A stretch of 64,000 nt of DNA from Clostridia bacterium (GTDB lineage Bacteria > Bacillota > Clostridia > JAAYHZ01), in contig JBMNIH010000002.1 of NCBI GenBank assembly GCA_050950825.1, positions 128,001 through 192,000 of the forward strand. Direction: 5' to 3'. Every line of letters starts with the position of its first letter. Position 1 is the stretch's first letter. This document shows, piece by piece, positions 61,640 through 64,000 of this stretch. Below the pieces are notes generated by a model that worked only from the letters and a program-made list of their open reading frames with translations, made no database searches and was not told the origin of the DNA. The position numbers and the translations under genes were made by a program.

Positions 61640-61695
61640 TTGATATGAGAATAACGTTGTGGTAATATTTACTTAGTCTTATGAGCAGCTCATAA
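61640..61695 (+). promoter_or_regulatory. Promoter and palindromic operator of the long-chain acyl-CoA ligase
   Basis: TTGATA-17-TAATAT then TTATGAGC-A-GCTCATAA (61679-61695). Confidence 0.6.
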
Positions 61696-61721
61696 TTTTT
61701 ATGAGGCGAAGGAGATGTATT

Positions 61722-63422
61722 ATGAAAGGTTTTTATGAGAAAAGGTATATAAGTGATATCAAGGATTTACTGTATTCCAGCGAAAAGTTGTATCCGAATA
61801 ATATCGCATTTCGCCACAGAAAAAATTCCGGCGATCCGTATATTGACGTCACGTTTACCCAACTTAAAAGGGATGTGGATTCATTAGGTACCGCCCTCAT
61901 TTCTTTAGGGTTGAAAGACATGCCCGTCGCCGTTATGGGTGAAAACCGTTACGAATGGAATATTTCCTATTTGGCCGTAGTATGCGGGACCGGAACGGTC
62001 GTTCCTATCGATAAAGAACTGCCGGAAAACGAAATCATAAACCTTTTGGAACGTTCGAAAGCAAAAGCCATTCTATACTCCGGCAAAAAAGACAAAGAAA
62101 TGGAAGCCGCCGTAAGCCGTTGTGAAAATGTTCAATACTTCATTAATTTTGATCTTTCCGAAGACAACGGAAAGAAGCTTTCATTTACGAAGCTCCTAAA
62201 CGAAGGATATCGATTGACAGAACAAGGAGATCGCTCCTTCATCGATGCAAAAATCGATCCGAAGGCTCCCCTCATTATGCTGTTCACATCCGGTACGACG
62301 TCAAGCTCGAAAGCGGTTTTGTTAAGTCATTACAACATCGTGTCTAACATTATGAATATGTGTAAAATCATCTATGCCAATGACAGCGACGTATTCTTAT
62401 CGGTTCTGCCGCTTCACCATACATACGAATGCACATGCAACTTTTTGACACCGATTTATCTCGGCTGCAAAATCGTCATTTCCGACGGCTTAAGGCATAT
62501 TGCAAAGAATATGCAAGAAAACGGCATCACCGTCTTAATCACCGTCCCCTTGCTTCTGGAAACCGTATATTGGAAGATCATCAGCAATATTGAAAAGAAA
62601 GGCAAAATGGGTGTGTTTAAAACGGCTACCGCCGTAAACGGTATATTACTGAAGCTGGGTATCAATGTATCGAACAAATTGTTTAAAGATATTTTCGAAG
62701 CCATGGGCGGCAAGCTTCGCTTGGTCATCGCCGGTGCTGCGGCCTTGGATCCCATTGTAGCGAAGGGCTTCTCGAATATGGGAATCCGGTGCATTCAAGG
62801 CTACGGTTTAACCGAGTGCTCCCCCATCGCCACCGTAGAAACGGATCGGATGCGAGCCATCGGTTCCGTCGGTGTCCCGATGCCCGGTACCGAAATCGTC
62901 ATTAAGGATCAAAACGACGAAGGAATCGGTGAAATCTGCATAAAAAGCCCGAGTATTATGGTGGGATACCTGGACGAGAAAGATAATGCCAAGGCCTTCG
63001 ACGAAGAAGGATATTTTCGCACCGGGGACCTTGGTTACATGGACAAAAAAGGCTTCTTATACATTTCCGGTAGAAAGAAAAATGTGATTGTAACCAAAAA
63101 CGGAAAGAATATTTTCCCGGAAGAATTGGAAGCCTTAATTAACGCAAGTCCTTTGGTCAAGGAAAGTCTGGTGTACGGAGCCATGGATGAAATCACCGGG
63201 GATGAAATCGTATCGGTTAAAATTGTCCCCGATCATGATTATATCGAGGCAAATTATCCCAACGGTCTTTCCGAGCAAGAGTTAACGGAAATGATCAACA
63301 ACGAAATTAAAAAGGTCAACAAGTCGGTGGTACACTACAAAGCCATTAAAAAAGTATATATTCAGCACAAGGAATTCCAAAAGACCACCACTCATAAGAT
63401 TAAACGGTATCTTGAAACGTAA
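61722..63422 (+). CDS. Long-chain fatty acid-CoA ligase
   Basis: FTSGTT, LPLHHTYE, QGYGLTECSP, FRTGDLG, GRKKNVIV..NGKNIFPEE. Confidence 0.9.
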   Translation: MKGFYEKRYISDIKDLLYSSEKLYPNNIAFRHRKNSGDPYIDVTFTQLKRDVDSLGTALISLGLKDMPVAVMGENRYEWNISYLAVVCGTGTVVPIDKELPENEIINLLERSKAKAILYSGKKDKEMEAAVSRCENVQYFINFDLSEDNGKKLSFTKLLNEGYRLTEQGDRSFIDAKIDPKAPLIMLFTSGTTSSSKAVLLSHYNIVSNIMNMCKIIYANDSDVFLSVLPLHHTYECTCNFLTPIYLGCKIVISDGLRHIAKNMQENGITVLITVPLLLETVYWKIISNIEKKGKMGVFKTATAVNGILLKLGINVSNKLFKDIFEAMGGKLRLVIAGAAALDPIVAKGFSNMGIRCIQGYGLTECSPIATVETDRMRAIGSVGVPMPGTEIVIKDQNDEGIGEICIKSPSIMVGYLDEKDNAKAFDEEGYFRTGDLGYMDKKGFLYISGRKKNVIVTKNGKNIFPEELEALINASPLVKESLVYGAMDEITGDEIVSVKIVPDHDYIEANYPNGLSEQELTEMINNEIKKVNKSVVHYKAIKKVYIQHKEFQKTTTHKIKRYLET

Positions 63423-63432
63423 AATCGAAGGA

Positions 63433-64000
63433 TTACTTCGTATTTCTATCGATGGTCACATTTCCGGAGGTTGTCTTGATTTTAACGGCAGGACCGCCTC
63501 CGTTTATTTTTCCCTGCAGCAAGCCTTTATCGCTTTTACCGGAGCCTACTTCAAAGCTTTCTACGGTGATTTCTCCCGATACGGTTTCCACGTTCAAATT
63601 GAAGGCGGCGGATGCATTAAGAAGCAATATAATGTCGCCGGACACTCCGGTTAAGGAGACGTTATCTTTTAAGCTCTTCAATCGTATATCCATGTATCCC
63701 GAAACCGTTTCCGCAACAACACCGCCGATGTTCCCGTCAACGGATATGGTTCCCGAAACGGAAGCGGATTGAATATTCTTCGCTTCTACATTATTGGCAA
63801 AAACATTTCCGGAGGTGGACCTGGCATCGATGGTTCCTAAGCAAATAATATCCGACAATTCAATGTTTCCCGAAACGGATTGTGCTACAAGGTTGCCGCT
63901 TTCCAGATTTTCCCCATGAATACTTCCCGAAACCGTATTAATCAATATGTCGGTGTTATTCCAATCGGCAATTTCTACGTTGCCCGAATACGTATCCACG
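63433..64000 (-). CDS. DUF4097 beta-strand repeat protein, C-terminal part
   Basis: Repeated (T/S)VSGxI units and terminal IKTTSGNVTI; 5' end lies outside the window. Confidence 0.75.
   Translation of the reverse strand, partial: VDTYSGNVEIADWNNTDILINTVSGSIHGENLESGNLVAQSVSGNIELSDIICLGTIDARSTSGNVFANNVEAKNIQSASVSGTISVDGNIGGVVAETVSGYMDIRLKSLKDNVSLTGVSGDIILLLNASAAFNLNVETVSGEITVESFEVGSGKSDKGLLQGKINGGGPAVKIKTTSGNVTIDRNTK

Noticed and set aside
1-64000. CRISPR array, prophage, retron or integrase
   Set aside because: No regularly spaced repeats, cas, phage structural, reverse transcriptase or tyrosine/serine integrase genes were recognised

Overview
Chromosomal segment of a spore-forming clostridial (Clostridia-like) Firmicute. 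The left 26 kb is mostly core genes: addAB, obgE-yhbY, rplU-rpmA, lgt, RNase P RNA, nif3/trmK, tRNA-Asn/tRNA-Ile2, dgt-dnaG-rpoD, dpaAB, an M16 peptidase and rpsO-pnp. The rest is a more mixed region with argJ, a ClpE/ClpC-like ATPase, the AmmeMemoRadiSam trio, uvrA, class III RNR nrdD with a fused C-terminal redoxin domain, an IS110 and an ISLre2 element, a twice-frameshifted MacB-like ABC gene, tRNA-Lys and two acyl-CoA ligases. The best candidate for an undescribed system is a three-gene operon at 26052-29671. It encodes a ZorA-like MotA protein with a long helical tail, a ZorB-like MotB/OmpA protein with a coiled-coil stalk, and a TPR protein in place of the known Zorya effectors. Also notable: L27 lacks the Firmicutes N-terminal extension and no prp gene lies between rplU and rpmA; the IS110 has a candidate bridge-RNA region; and a shared 17-bp operator precedes both acyl-CoA ligases. 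All calls come from reading the sequence and ORF track by eye; no searches were run.
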